From Ectothiorhodospiraceae bacterium (GTDB taxonomy: Bacteria > Pseudomonadota > Gammaproteobacteria > Nitrococcales > Aquisalimonadaceae): 64,000 bases of DNA. Below, piece after piece: positions 27,347-37,763 of this stretch. The position numbers were made by a program, and so were the translations under genes. Positions within the stretch are counted from its first letter, which is position 1. Each line of letters opens with the position of its first letter. Below the pieces are notes generated by a model. That model was given only the letters and a program-made list of their open reading frames with translations, had not been told where the DNA came from and searched no databases. The DNA lies in NCBI GenBank assembly GCA_003565775.1, contig PXAT01000060.1, positions 14,222-78,221 on the forward strand. The letters run 5' to 3'.

Positions 27347-29806
27347 TCAGCCTTCCAGCGGCAGGCGTTTCAGTCGCAGCGCATTGGCCAACACACTGAT
27401 GCTGGAAAGGGTCATGGCCAGTGCCGCCAGCATGGGCGACAACAGCGGGCCACCAAAGGGGTACAGCAGACCGGCCGCCACCGGAATCAGCAGGCTGTTG
27501 TAGCCGAAAGCCCAGACCAGATTCTGGCGGATGTTGCGCAAGGTCGCCCGGGACAACTGCAGTGCGCCGTTCAGCCGGCGCAGATCAGTGCCCATCAGCA
27601 CCACGTCCGCCGATTCGATGGCCACATCGGTACCGCTTCCGATGGCCACCCCCACGTCGGCTTCGGCAAGGGCCGGAGCATCATTGATACCGTCTCCGAC
27701 GAAGGCAACCGTCCCTCCCCGCCGCAGTTCTCGGACCACGTTCGCTTTCTCCTCCGGCAGGGTTTCGGCCCGCACCTGATCGATACCGAGTTGCTGCGCC
27801 ACGGCGGCTGCAGTCACACGGTTGTCACCGGTGACCATGATCACCTCGCGGCCGGTATCGCGCAGGGCCTGAATCGCCTCACGGGCCCCGTCCCGGACCG
27901 GATCGGCAATGGCCAGCAGCGCCAGCGGAGCGTCTCCAAGAGAGGCGTAGAGAACGGTCCGTCCCTGCCCGGCCAGTGTCTCGGCCCGCCGCCGCAACGC
28001 GTCCACCGGGATGCCGGCCTCGGCCAGGTGGCGGGCGCTGCCAATGCGCACCAGACGCCCCTCCACGGTCCCTTGCACGCCGTGCCCCGGCCTTGCCTGA
28101 AAACCCTCGACCTGGGGCAAGGGCCCCGTTGCCGCATCGAGGATTGCCCGTCCCAGAGGGTGCTCGGAGTGCTGCTCCACTGCAGCCAGACAGCGCAGCA
28201 CCGCAGCACGGTCCATGCCCGTGCCGGGCAACGGCTCGCAGTCGGTTACCTGCGGCGAACCCACGGTCAGAGTGCCGGTCTTGTCGACGGCGATGCGGTC
28301 CACCCGCTGCAGCATCTGCAGCGCATCGCCGCCGCGGAACAGCACCCCCATCTCGGCGGCGCGACCGGTACCGACCATGATCGACACCGGTGTCGCCAGG
28401 CCCATGGCGCAGGGACAGGCGATGATCAGAACCGCCACCGCATTCACCAGCGCCAGTTGCAGGGACGGTTCGGGTCCCAGCCACCACCAGACCCCGAAGG
28501 TCAATAGCGCCACCAGCATGACGACCGGCACGAAACGAGCCGTGACATGATCCACCAGGGCCTGAATCGGAAGCTTCGCCCCCTGGGCGTCCTGCACCAT
28601 GCGGATGATCTGCGCCAGCGCGGTGTCCTCGCCGATGCGTTCCACCCGAACTTCCAGGCTGCCCCGGGTATTGACCGTTCCGCCCACTACCCGGGCGTCG
28701 ATCTCCTTGCGAACCGGTTTCGGCTCACCGGTCAGCATGGATTCGTCGACCCAGGATTCACCGGCCACGACGCGGCTGTCCAGCGGGATCCGCTCCCCGG
28801 GACGAACCAGCAGGCGCTCCCCGACGGTCAGTTCGGCGATGGGCACTTCCGTCCAGGAGCCGTCGCGATGAGCCATGGCATGGCGAGGTTGCAACTGCAG
28901 CAGGCGCTCGATGGCCTGGCCGGTGCGGCCCTTCGCCCGGTTCTCGATCAGGCGGCCCAGCAGAACCAGCGTGATGATGACCGCGGCCGGTTCGAAGTAG
29001 ACATGGGCGGCGCCTTCCGGCAGCAAGCCGGGCGCCAGGGTTGCGACCACCGAATAGCCGTAGGCGGCACTGGTGCCGATCATCACCAGCGAGTGCATGT
29101 CCGGCGCCCCGCGGCGCAGAGTCGGGAATCCCAGCCGATAAAAGCGCCAGCCAGGACCGAACTGGACCACGCTGGCGAGCAACATCTGCAGCAGCAGGAG
29201 CGGCTGCGCGCCCAGAGTGTTGCTCATCCAGGCACCGAAAGCGGGTAGCAGATGGCCGCCCATGTCGGTGATCACGATCGGTGCCGTGAGAATCGCGGCG
29301 AGCCACGTAATGCGCCGTAATCGGTCGGTCTCCCGCTGCCGGTCCTGATCTCGCTGTTCGCGTGAGGACAGCGATTGCTCCATCCGTTTCGCCGGATAAC
29401 CCGCAGCGTCCAGCGCCTGCAGAATACGACCGGGTATGACATCGTCCTGCAGGTGCTCGATCTGAAGCGAACTGACGGCGAGGTTGGCCTCGGCCGAGAG
29501 CACACCGGGAACGGTCAGAGCGGCCTGCTCGACGCGCGCAATACAACTGCCGCAGTGAATGCCATCGACCTGCAGGCGAAGGGTCTCACTCTCCAGCCGG
29601 AAACCGGCCTCATCCAGCGCTTGCCGGATCGGGGCCAGTTCGAAAAGCCCGGGTGCGACGGTGAGCCGGGCGTGACCGGTGGCCAGATTCACCTCGGCCT
29701 GCAGGACCCCGGGGGCGTCCTGCAGGATGCCCTCTACCCGCCCGACACAGGAGCCGCAGTGCATGCCGCCAACCGGCAGATCAACCCGGTTGTCGTCGGC
29801 GTTCAT
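27347..29806 (-). CDS. copA: Copper-translocating P1B-type ATPase
   Basis: 819 aa. Two HMA motifs ([24 protein letters not shown]), the CPC in [18 protein letters not shown] and [10 protein letters not shown]. Confidence 0.9.
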   Translation of the reverse strand: MNADDNRVDLPVGGMHCGSCVGRVEGILQDAPGVLQAEVNLATGHARLTVAPGLFELAPIRQALDEAGFRLESETLRLQVDGIHCGSCIARVEQAALTVPGVLSAEANLAVSSLQIEHLQDDVIPGRILQALDAAGYPAKRMEQSLSSREQRDQDRQRETDRLRRITWLAAILTAPIVITDMGGHLLPAFGAWMSNTLGAQPLLLLQMLLASVVQFGPGWRFYRLGFPTLRRGAPDMHSLVMIGTSAAYGYSVVATLAPGLLPEGAAHVYFEPAAVIITLVLLGRLIENRAKGRTGQAIERLLQLQPRHAMAHRDGSWTEVPIAELTVGERLLVRPGERIPLDSRVVAGESWVDESMLTGEPKPVRKEIDARVVGGTVNTRGSLEVRVERIGEDTALAQIIRMVQDAQGAKLPIQALVDHVTARFVPVVMLVALLTFGVWWWLGPEPSLQLALVNAVAVLIIACPCAMGLATPVSIMVGTGRAAEMGVLFRGGDALQMLQRVDRIAVDKTGTLTVGSPQVTDCEPLPGTGMDRAAVLRCLAAVEQHSEHPLGRAILDAATGPLPQVEGFQARPGHGVQGTVEGRLVRIGSARHLAEAGIPVDALRRRAETLAGQGRTVLYASLGDAPLALLAIADPVRDGAREAIQALRDTGREVIMVTGDNRVTAAAVAQQLGIDQVRAETLPEEKANVVRELRRGGTVAFVGDGINDAPALAEADVGVAIGSGTDVAIESADVVLMGTDLRRLNGALQLSRATLRNIRQNLVWAFGYNSLLIPVAAGLLYPFGGPLLSPMLAALAMTLSSISVLANALRLKRLPLEG

Positions 29807-30288
29807 TCGGCGGGACTCGGGTCGAGCTGCATGCCGGGTCGCAGGCCCAACCGCTCCGCTTCGCCGGCCAGCAACTCCAGCGCATAACGGAATCGATGGT
29901 CGGGCTTGTACAGATCGCTGCCGGGGGTCATGCGCAACATGCTGCGCACCACCCCCTTCTCGTCGAGAAACAGGATGTCGAGGGCTACATGAACGTTCTG
30001 CATGTGGAAGGCATGCTGAACCGAACGGGTGAAAACGAACAGCATGGCGTTGTCACGGACGCTGCGCTCGCACAGGAACTGCATACCCGCGGCGCGCTGT
30101 TCCGCTGTCTCGGCGATACGAAGTCGAAGATCGATTTCGACGTCGTCGGCGCCGCGGAATGTCACGTCCCGCTGCTGCATCGACTCCAGCGCCTCGGTGC
30201 TGTCACGACAATCGGCAACCAGCGTCAGCGGCAGCAGCAGCAACAGGACAAGCAGAGCGCCGCGGCCGGCCAGACAGTGACGCATCAT
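29803..30288 (-). CDS. DUF192-family periplasmic protein
   Basis: Track ORF is 29803-30366. ATG 30288 ([21 protein letters not shown]..) overlaps the upstream stop by 1 nt, and its own stop overlaps the copA ATG (ATGA). ..[28 protein letters not shown].. is DUF192-like. Confidence 0.65.
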   Translation of the reverse strand: MMRHCLAGRGALLVLLLLLPLTLVADCRDSTEALESMQQRDVTFRGADDVEIDLRLRIAETAEQRAAGMQFLCERSVRDNAMLFVFTRSVQHAFHMQNVHVALDILFLDEKGVVRSMLRMTPGSDLYKPDHRFRYALELLAGEAERLGLRPGMQLDPSPAE

Positions 30289-31664
30289 CAGCCGAACAGC
30301 CCCAGTGCATTCAGAAATACCAGCACGACCGCTGCCGGCGCCAGGAACCTCGTTACCAGCAGCCATGCTCGATATCGGAAACTGTCAGCCTGCATGCCGA
30401 GTTCCGCGAGGCGGGTCTCGGCGCTGACACGCCAGGCTGCAAACACCGCGATAAGAAGCCCGCCCAGCGGCAACATGATGTCGTTTGACACAAACTCGAG
30501 CAGATCGAAGATACCGAGATCGGCGAACGGCAGCAGGCGGACGTCCGCCCAGGCATTGAGCGACAGGCCGGCAGCGATGCCAAGCAACCAGATCGCGACG
30601 GTGATGAAACCGGCGGCGGCGGTTCGGCTCAGCCCACTGCGCTCCTTGAGATAGGCCACAGCCGGCTCGAGCAGCGAGATGCCCGAGGTGATCGCGGCGA
30701 CCGAAAGCAACAGGAAGAAGGCGATGCCGAGCAGGCTGCCGAAGGCGATCTCGGCGAACACCACCGGCAATGTCACGAACACCAGTCCGGGCCCCTGCCC
30801 CGGTTCCATGCCGGCACTGAAGACGATGGGAAAAATGGCCAGCCCGGCAATGATGGCAGTCAGGGTATCCATGCCGACAATCCAGGTCGTATTCCCGGGT
30901 ATCGAGGATCTGGCCGGCAGATACGCGCCGTAGACCATGATGGCTCCCATCCCGAGACTCAGGGTGAAGAAGGCCTGGCCCAGGGCCGTCAGGACGGTTC
31001 CTCCGTCCACGACCGAGAAGTCCGGGCGGAACATGAACGTGAGCGTTTCGGCGAAACCACTGGACGTCATGCCGTAGAGCACCAGCACGACCAGGAGCAG
31101 AAACAGCAGCGGCATCAACCAGGTCACCGCTCGCTGCAGTCCGCGCCGCACTCCCGCCGCGACGATGCCGAACAGCAACAGCAGGAAGGCGGTGTGCCAG
31201 ATCACCACCAGCGCCGGGCTCGCCACCAGCCCTTCGAACAGGGCCCCGGCACCGTCGGAATCCATGCCCTGGAAACCGCCCTGCACCGCTTCGAAGGCGT
31301 AATAAAGCGCCCAGCCGCCAACGACGCTGTAGAAGGACAGGATCATGAAACCTGCGGCCACGCCGAGCCAGCCCAGGCCCTGCCATGCGGGGCTCAGACC
31401 TTCGTCGCGGGCAATCAGGCGCAGACTGTTGATCGGGCTGTGACGTCCGCGCCGGCCGATCAGTATCTCGGCCATCATGATGGGCAGACCGACCAGCAGA
31501 ATGCACAGCAGATAGATCAGGACAAAGGCACCCCCGCCGTTGTCACCGACCAGATAGGGAAACCGCCAGAGATTGCCGAGCCCCACGGCGGAGCCGGTAG
31601 CCGCGAGCACGAAGAACACGCTGCCAGACCATTCTCCGTGGACCGATTCGCGCGCGCCGGACAT
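30288..31664 (-). CDS. Sodium-dependent transporter, NSS/SNF family
   Basis: 458 aa. LAATGSAVGLGNLWRFPYLVGDNGGGAFVLIYL signature and about 11-12 TM helices. Confidence 0.85.
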   Translation of the reverse strand: MSGARESVHGEWSGSVFFVLAATGSAVGLGNLWRFPYLVGDNGGGAFVLIYLLCILLVGLPIMMAEILIGRRGRHSPINSLRLIARDEGLSPAWQGLGWLGVAAGFMILSFYSVVGGWALYYAFEAVQGGFQGMDSDGAGALFEGLVASPALVVIWHTAFLLLLFGIVAAGVRRGLQRAVTWLMPLLFLLLVVLVLYGMTSSGFAETLTFMFRPDFSVVDGGTVLTALGQAFFTLSLGMGAIMVYGAYLPARSSIPGNTTWIVGMDTLTAIIAGLAIFPIVFSAGMEPGQGPGLVFVTLPVVFAEIAFGSLLGIAFFLLLSVAAITSGISLLEPAVAYLKERSGLSRTAAAGFITVAIWLLGIAAGLSLNAWADVRLLPFADLGIFDLLEFVSNDIMLPLGGLLIAVFAAWRVSAETRLAELGMQADSFRYRAWLLVTRFLAPAAVVLVFLNALGLFG

Positions 31665-31871
31665 ACACCGCTCCCTGTTCTCGCCGTGGATCGTTGAATG
31701 CCGCCATCCCGACCCTGTTCAGATCCCCTGGCGGGGCGTCAGGCGTGGCAACAGGCTGTCAGTCTGCCATGGCCGGACGCCGGGTCAATTCTCCCGCCAG
31801 GCGGGAGGGCCAAGCCCCGCCCCAGCGGGATTAGCGTGTCCAGGCGCGTCACCAGGGCATCCGGCGTACTT

Positions 31872-32459
31872 TCAGGAGCCCGCCTTTTTCGCGACCAGCA
31901 TTGCCTGGTCTCGTAGCCCGGAGGACAGATCCCCGAGATCGCGCTCCTCGCGATAGATCACCGGATCGAGTTCCGGAAACAATCGCAGCAGTTCACCGTC
32001 GTCAAGCAGAAAATCGGGGTTGGACGGCCCCGAATCGTTGACCTTCATACGCGTGAACGTCTGATAAAAAATCAGTCCGCCAGGCCGCAATGCCGCAGAC
32101 AGAGCGGTACACAAGGGGCGGTGCAGGAAACGGCTGACGGTGATGACATCAAGGCTTGCGGGCGCGGGTGGTCGCGCTGCGACGTCACGGATTCTGGCGG
32201 TCAGGGGTAACCGCCGTTCACGGGCAAAGCGATTGACGGCGGCAACAGCCACGTCCGAGACGTCCCAGGCCTCCGTCTCCATGCCGTGGCCGGCCAGACA
32301 GATGGCATTGGCCGCCATGCCGGCGGCCACGTCCAGGGCCTGTCCGCTTCTCGGCAGCAGATGGGCGTGCCAGGCCAGCACATCCGCCGGACGCTCGTCG
32401 TCGGGCCGGCGATCGCGGTAGCGGGCATTCCAGTGAACGTGAGTGAGCTGTTCGGGCAA
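31872..32459 (-). CDS. Class I SAM-dependent methyltransferase (TehB-like); start uncertain
   Basis: Track ORF is 31872-32528, whose 5' end overlaps tRNA-Leu on the same strand, so I moved the start to TTG 32459. ..ALDVAAGMAANAICLA.. is a motif I-like segment. Confidence 0.55.
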   Translation of the reverse strand: MPEQLTHVHWNARYRDRRPDDERPADVLAWHAHLLPRSGQALDVAAGMAANAICLAGHGMETEAWDVSDVAVAAVNRFARERRLPLTARIRDVAARPPAPASLDVITVSRFLHRPLCTALSAALRPGGLIFYQTFTRMKVNDSGPSNPDFLLDDGELLRLFPELDPVIYREERDLGDLSSGLRDQAMLVAKKAGS

Positions 32460-32498
32460 GGCAGCGTTCGCCTGTTGCGGGAATTGTGCGGTCGAAAT

Positions 32499-32586
32499 TG
32501 GTGCCCGGAGCCGGACTCGAACCGGCACAACCCTCAGGGTCGGGAGATTTTAAGTCTCCTGCGTCTACCAATTCCGCCATCCGGGC
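32499..32586 (-). tRNA. tRNA-Leu (anticodon TAA)
   Basis: GCCCGGATGGCGGAATTGGTAGACGCAGGAGACTTAAAATCTCC..long variable arm..GGTTCGAGTCCGGCTCCGGGCACCA. The 7-bp acceptor stem pairs. Confidence 0.9.
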
Positions 32587-32666
32587 AGACGGCACAAGCT
32601 TTGCCCGCGAGGCACGCAGACGTCAATGCAGCGCTCCCGGACAAGGACGAAAACACGGAGATTATA

Positions 32667-32740
32667 TGGAGGCTCGGGCCGGAATCGAACCGACGTACAC
32701 GGCTTTGCAGGCCGCTGCATCACCACTCTGCCACCGAGCC
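32667..32740 (-). tRNA. tRNA-Cys (anticodon GCA)
   Basis: GGCTCGGTGGCAGAGTGGTGATGCAGCGGCCTGCAAAGCCGTGTACGTCGGTTCGATTCCGGCCCGAGCCTCCA. Confidence 0.9.
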
Positions 32741-32820
32741 GGGTGAAAACCCTCTGACCAGGATCGTAACAGGCGGAACGGATACCGCGCGAAAAGCCGC
32801 ATGAATCCGTCCGCCGGATA

Positions 32821-32844
32821 CAGAAAACCCCGGCAATGCCGGGG
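32821..32844 (-). terminator. Rho-independent terminator after tRNA-Gly
   Basis: Minus strand reads CCCCGGC-att-GCCGGGG followed by TTTTCTG. Confidence 0.7.
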
Positions 32845-32856
32845 CTTTCGGAATTC

Positions 32857-32932
<76 letters not shown>

Positions 32933-32995
32933 TTGAGTGGCGCCTATTCTAATCGGGGCGCCCCCACTGTCAAGCCCGTCTCATCAGGGGCCGGA

Positions 32996-33553
32996 TCAGT
33001 CCCTCACCAGCACCTTCCAGGCAGCGTTCAGGTACAGCACCATCGACCAGAGCGTCAGGCCGGCCGCGGCAAACAGAAGGATCAGACCGAGAACATGCAT
33101 GGACACGCCCATGACCGGCTCGCGGTAGAGCAGCATGGTGATGGAAATCATCTGCAGGGCGGTCTTGACCTTGCCCATCATGTTGACCGCCACGTGCGCG
33201 CGCTCGCCGAGTTCGGCCATCCACTCGCGCAGTGCGGACACGGCAATTTCGCGACAGATGATGACTGCCGCCGGCAACGCGAACAGGGGCGAGGGATTGA
33301 CCGCCACCAGCGCCACCAGGGCGACAGCGACCATCAGCTTGTCGGCCACCGGGTCGAGGAAAGCACCAAACGCCGACGTCTGCCCAAGCCGTCGCGCCAG
33401 ATAGCCGTCGAGCCAGTCGGTGACCGCTGCCAGTGCAAAAATCAGGGCGGCCGCGACGTGCGCCCAGCCCACTGGCAGGAGAAACACCAGACCGAACACC
33501 GGAATCATGACGATGCGCGCCAGAGTCAGACTGTTGGGCAGGTTAAGCGGCAT
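32996..33553 (-). CDS. pgsA: CDP-diacylglycerol--glycerol-3-phosphate 3-phosphatidyltransferase
   Basis: 185 aa. MPLNLPNSLTLARI.. and DGYLARRLGQTSAFGAFLDPVADK (CDP-alcohol phosphatidyltransferase motif). uvrC-pgsA-tRNA synteny. Confidence 0.9.
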   Translation of the reverse strand: MPLNLPNSLTLARIVMIPVFGLVFLLPVGWAHVAAALIFALAAVTDWLDGYLARRLGQTSAFGAFLDPVADKLMVAVALVALVAVNPSPLFALPAAVIICREIAVSALREWMAELGERAHVAVNMMGKVKTALQMISITMLLYREPVMGVSMHVLGLILLFAAAGLTLWSMVLYLNAAWKVLVRD

Positions 33554-33591
33554 CAGAATCCCCCATCTTCTTGCTGTTTCCCCGGCAGTGC

Positions 33592-35433
33592 TTACGGTGG
33601 CGCGCCGTCGTCGTGAAAGGTGTCGTATATCCGTTGTGCCAGATCCGCACTGATGCCCTTGATGCTGGCCAGGTCTTCCACCCCGGCGCGGGCGATGCCG
33701 CGCAGGCCGCCGAACTGTCGCAGCAGGATCTGGCGTCGTTTCGGCCCGAGCCCCGCGACATCCTCGAGCCGGGATGTGCGCCGTGTCTTGTCGCGCCGCG
33801 CGCGATGGCCGGTGATGGCAAAGCGATGCGCCTCGTCCCGGATCTGCTGCAACAGATGCAGTGCCGGTGAATCCGGCGGCAGTATAACGACCTCATCGTG
33901 TCCGGCACGAAACAGGGTCTCCTCGCCCGGTCGCCGATCCGGGCCCTTGGCAATGCCCACGATCTCGACACCGGTGACCTGCAATTCTTCCAGCACCTCG
34001 GTCGCCTGAGCCAGCTGTCCCTTGCCACCGTCGATCAGCAGCAGATCCGGCAATTGACCCTCGCCTTCCCGGAGTCGCCGGTATCGGCGCTCCAGCGCCT
34101 GACGCATCGCGGCATAATCGTCGCCGGCCGTCACATCACGAATATTGAAGCGCCGGTAATCGGATTTGCGGGCGCCTTCGCCATCGAACACGACACACGA
34201 TGCCACGGTTGCTTCGCCGGCAGTGTGACTGATGTCGAAGCACTCGATCCGAGCCGGCAGCGCCTGCAGTCCCAATGCCTGCTGCAGTTCCTCGTAGCGT
34301 TGCTGCATGCCGGCCTGACTGGCCATCCGCGCCGCCAGCGCGGCACGCGCGTTGGTCACCGCCATGTCGAGCCAGCGCCGGCGTTCCGAGCGGACACGCT
34401 GGCGGATGCTGACCTGCATGCCGCTCTCCCGGCTCAGCGCCTCTTCCAGCAGGTGCTGTTCCGGCACGTCACCATTGACCAGAATTTCGCGCGGAGCCTG
34501 GCGCCCCAGGTAGTATCGGGCAAGAAAAGCCGTCAGCACTTCATTCTCGTCGGTGTCGTCGGGAATGCGCGGGAAGTAGCTGCGGTTGCCCAGATTCTGA
34601 CCGCCACGGATGTAGAAGACCTGAACACAGGCCTGCCGCCCCTGACTGACACAGGCAACCACGTCCAGGTCACCCTTCTCGCCACTGATGTACTGGCGTT
34701 CCTGAATCTGTCGCAGGCTGCTGATGCGGTCACGCAGGCGCGCGGCCTTCTCGAAATCCAGTGCCTCGGCGGCGGACTCCATCGCCGTCGCGAGCTCGTC
34801 TATCACCTCGCCGCTACGCCCCTCGAGAAACTTCACCGCGTGCTGCACGTCCCGTGCATAGTCCTCGGGACTGATGTAGCCCACACATGGCGCGGTGCAG
34901 CGTTCGATCTGGTATTGCAGGCACGGACGTGAGCGATTGCGGAAAAACGTGTCCTCGCATTGCCTGACGGGGAATACCTTCTGCAGATGGCTGAGGGTAT
35001 TACGCACGGCCGTGGCGCTCGGGAACGGCCCGAAATAACGGCCGCCCTTGCGACGACTGCCCCGATAGAACCCGAGCCGGGGAAAATCCGAGTGATCGCT
35101 GAGGACAATGAAAGGGTAGCTCTTGTCATCCCGCAGCAGCACGTTGTAGCGCGGGCTGTGCTGCTTGATCAGATTGTTCTCGAGGATCAGGGCTTCGGCT
35201 TCGGTATGTGTCACCGTGATCTCGATGTCACGGATCTGGCGCACCATGGCATCGATTCGATTGCCGCGGGTTGCGCGCGTGAAATAGCTCGCGACCCGCC
35301 GTTTCAGACGACGTGCCTTGCCCACATAGAGGACCGTGCCGCCAGCGTCGAGCATGCGGTAGACGCCCGGCTTCTCCGGCAGATTGCGGACCACGTCACG
35401 GTGGTCGAAGACCGGTTCCGTGGCCTTGTTCAT
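33592..35433 (-). CDS. uvrC: Excinuclease ABC subunit C
   Basis: Track ORF is 33592-35751. ATG 35433 (MNKATEPVFD..) gives a normal length of about 613 aa. GIY-YIG (PGVYRMLDAGGTVLYVGKA) and a C-terminal HhH. The ATG overlaps the UDG stop (ATGA). Confidence 0.9.
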   Translation of the reverse strand: MNKATEPVFDHRDVVRNLPEKPGVYRMLDAGGTVLYVGKARRLKRRVASYFTRATRGNRIDAMVRQIRDIEITVTHTEAEALILENNLIKQHSPRYNVLLRDDKSYPFIVLSDHSDFPRLGFYRGSRRKGGRYFGPFPSATAVRNTLSHLQKVFPVRQCEDTFFRNRSRPCLQYQIERCTAPCVGYISPEDYARDVQHAVKFLEGRSGEVIDELATAMESAAEALDFEKAARLRDRISSLRQIQERQYISGEKGDLDVVACVSQGRQACVQVFYIRGGQNLGNRSYFPRIPDDTDENEVLTAFLARYYLGRQAPREILVNGDVPEQHLLEEALSRESGMQVSIRQRVRSERRRWLDMAVTNARAALAARMASQAGMQQRYEELQQALGLQALPARIECFDISHTAGEATVASCVVFDGEGARKSDYRRFNIRDVTAGDDYAAMRQALERRYRRLREGEGQLPDLLLIDGGKGQLAQATEVLEELQVTGVEIVGIAKGPDRRPGEETLFRAGHDEVVILPPDSPALHLLQQIRDEAHRFAITGHRARRDKTRRTSRLEDVAGLGPKRRQILLRQFGGLRGIARAGVEDLASIKGISADLAQRIYDTFHDDGAPP

Positions 35434-36083
35434 GCCGCCTCCAGCAAGACCCTCAGCCGCCGAAACACGTCCTGAAACATGGTCGGCGTCAGCCGACGGG
35501 TCTGGGTGTTGTAGCGACTGCAATGATAGGAATCCACCAGCATCAGATCCGGCCCCAGGACGTGTTCCGCCGCATGGGCGAAGGGGTATGCGGCCGGTCG
35601 TTGGTCCAGCGCTCTCAGCACGGCCTCGTGCGCGATCCGTCCCAGGGCCAGCACCACCGAGCGAGGTGGCAGGCTCGCCAGATCGTCGCGAAGATACGGG
35701 CTGCAGGTACGGACCTCCGCCGGTGTCGGCTTGTTCTGTGGCGGCAGGCAACGCACCGCGTTGGTGATACGCGCCTGCTTCAGTTCGAGTCCGTCATCAC
35801 GAGACAGGCTCTCCGGATCTGTCGCAAAACCGAATTCGTGCAGCGTCTGATACAACAGGATGCCGGCATGGTCACCGGTGAACGGCCGCCCGGTGCGGTT
35901 GGCGCCATGCATGCCGGGGGCCAGACCGACAATCAGCAGGCGCGCGACGGGATCACCGAAATCCGGCACCGGTGCCGCGTGATAGTCCGGATGGGCCGCG
36001 CGTACCTGATCGAGAAAATCGGCCAGCCGCGGGCAGGCCCGACAGGCCGGATTGAAAGGTTTAGCGGCGACGGTCATGGGCAT
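35430..36083 (-). CDS. Uracil-DNA glycosylase superfamily protein (family 4/5-like)
   Basis: 217 aa. ..CRACPRL.. and ..LLIVGLAPGMHGANRTGRPFTGD... Confidence 0.75.
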   Translation of the reverse strand: MPMTVAAKPFNPACRACPRLADFLDQVRAAHPDYHAAPVPDFGDPVARLLIVGLAPGMHGANRTGRPFTGDHAGILLYQTLHEFGFATDPESLSRDDGLELKQARITNAVRCLPPQNKPTPAEVRTCSPYLRDDLASLPPRSVVLALGRIAHEAVLRALDQRPAAYPFAHAAEHVLGPDLMLVDSYHCSRYNTQTRRLTPTMFQDVFRRLRVLLEAA

Positions 36084-36128
36084 CTCGATGTCGTGGGCGG
36101 TTGAATACGGCTTTGCAGCAAGGTCACG

Positions 36129-37475
36129 TCATGCACCGTCCCTGCCGGCGACCAGCATGCGCTCCGCCTCGGGCATCCACCACGCCGCAGCGGCACCGAT
36201 CAGGGCGAGCATCAGCAACAGCAGGACCAGGGCATCACTACCGAAAAATTGCGCAACAAAGCCGAGACCGCCGCCGGCAATCGCCAGCAGACCGATACTG
36301 GTGTTACTGAATGCCACGTACAACGGACGTTCGTCGGCTGGCGCGGCATCGACCAGATAGGTCTTGCGACCGAGCCGCACGCCCGCCTCGGCGATGCCGA
36401 GAACCAGAAACACGCTGGTGTAGATCCAGGCCTGTTGCAGGGTGTCCGGCCCCAGTGCGATCAACAGCGCCAGCATCCCGGCGAGCGCGCCGAACAGACC
36501 GCTGAGTATCAGCACCGTGCGACTGGAATAATCCGCAAAGTAACCCCAGAACGGGCTGCTGACCACGCTTGCCAGCCCCAGCGTGACCACGAAGATGCCC
36601 AGGGCCGCGACCTCCCCGCCGAAGACCTGCTCGCCATGCAGGGCGTAGAACGGCATTGCCAGTTCCACCGACAACAACAGCCCGCGGGTCAGCATGTAGC
36701 GGCGATAGCCGGGTACATCACGGCTGATCGCCAGGCCGTGGCGGATCTCACGAACCGGATTGCGGCCGCCATCTGTCGCGCCCGGGGTCTCGTCCAGCAG
36801 CAGGAACAAGGCCGCTGCCAGAGCCCAGAGGCTCGCGGCGATCATGATCAGCACCAGGTAAACGCCGATCCCGCCAGCGGATTCGAAAAACAGGTGCAGA
36901 ATCGCTCCGGCGGCCAGGGTCAGCACGCCGCCGATGGCGGCTCGCACTGATAACAGACGCCCTCGCCGGCCCTTGGGAACCGTCTTGCCGGTAACATCCT
37001 GAAACGCCACCGAGCCAACGCCACTGCAAATCGCGAAGCCGGTGAAGAGGGCCAGAATCGCCAGGCCTGCCGCCAGTGGCGGCAGGGTCAGGGCGGCAAA
37101 AACGATCAGCACCAGCAATGCTGCCTGCGCGAGCCCGGCGCCAACCCAGGCCCATTTGCGGCGTTGCAGGCGGCGAATCTGGCCGGAGACCAGCAGTTGC
37201 GGCGCCAGCGACCCCACCTGTTTCGCCGGCATGAGAAAACCGACCAGCGCCGCCGGCGCGCCCAGCGCCGACAGCAACCAGGGCAGCACGAGATTGGGCC
37301 CCGCCAACTGTTCGGCGAGCTTGGTGGAAGCACCATTGCCAATATTCAGCAGGTAGTTGCGCGGCACATCAGAGCAGGCACTATCCGGAATGGCCTCGCA
37401 ACTGCGCTCATCGCTGTCATCGCCGCTGAGAATGCGGTAGGCGCGCTCAAGGCGCGTGTCGGGATGTTGCGTCAC
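36129..37475 (-). CDS. MFS transporter
   Basis: 448 aa, about 12 TM helices, GTG start. Confidence 0.7.
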   Translation of the reverse strand: MTQHPDTRLERAYRILSGDDSDERSCEAIPDSACSDVPRNYLLNIGNGASTKLAEQLAGPNLVLPWLLSALGAPAALVGFLMPAKQVGSLAPQLLVSGQIRRLQRRKWAWVGAGLAQAALLVLIVFAALTLPPLAAGLAILALFTGFAICSGVGSVAFQDVTGKTVPKGRRGRLLSVRAAIGGVLTLAAGAILHLFFESAGGIGVYLVLIMIAASLWALAAALFLLLDETPGATDGGRNPVREIRHGLAISRDVPGYRRYMLTRGLLLSVELAMPFYALHGEQVFGGEVAALGIFVVTLGLASVVSSPFWGYFADYSSRTVLILSGLFGALAGMLALLIALGPDTLQQAWIYTSVFLVLGIAEAGVRLGRKTYLVDAAPADERPLYVAFSNTSIGLLAIAGGGLGFVAQFFGSDALVLLLLMLALIGAAAAWWMPEAERMLVAGRDGA

Positions 37476-37517
37476 GGGGCAGCATGTCTCCGGGAAACGG
37501 GTCGGAATTCGGGCCGG

Positions 37518-37592
37518 GCCGGCCCCGCGCCTTGCCAGATGACCAAAACCGGTCTCGGGCGCAGACGCGGGAATACTTCAGTGTTTCCTTAA
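37518..37592 (+). repeat. Intergenic repeat family, copy A
   Basis: GCCGGCCCCGCGCCTTGCCAGATGACCAAAACCGGTCTCGGGCGCAGACGCGGGAATACTTCAGTGTTTCCTTAA. Homologous to 47498-47573, the reverse complement of 23621-23687, and (with an internal deletion) 38631-38675. Confidence 0.6.
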
Positions 37593-37763
37593 CCGGAATC
37601 CTGCCGATTACGGCCAGCTTCGTCCAATCGCCGTGCGCCCCTGGCAGAGTCCTGACTGCGACGTCGGGCCGGTTGCCTGCCAGTACCGCCCCGGAACTTT
37701 CTGCATATTCCGGGGCTCGACGGACAGCGTAACGGCGCAGATGCCACAGGGAGCACACTCCGC

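Noticed and set aside
31791-31807. Perfect GC palindrome CTCCCGCC-a-GGCGGGAG upstream of the NSS/copA operon
   Set aside because: It has no U tract on either strand, so it is not a terminator. It is a single occurrence with no half-site repeats. It could be an operator, but I have no support for that.
32460-32528. Methyltransferase ORF overlapping tRNA-Leu on the same strand
   Set aside because: The overlap is an artefact of the longest-ORF call; the coding start must lie downstream of the tRNA. The exact start (TTG 32459 proposed) remains uncertain.
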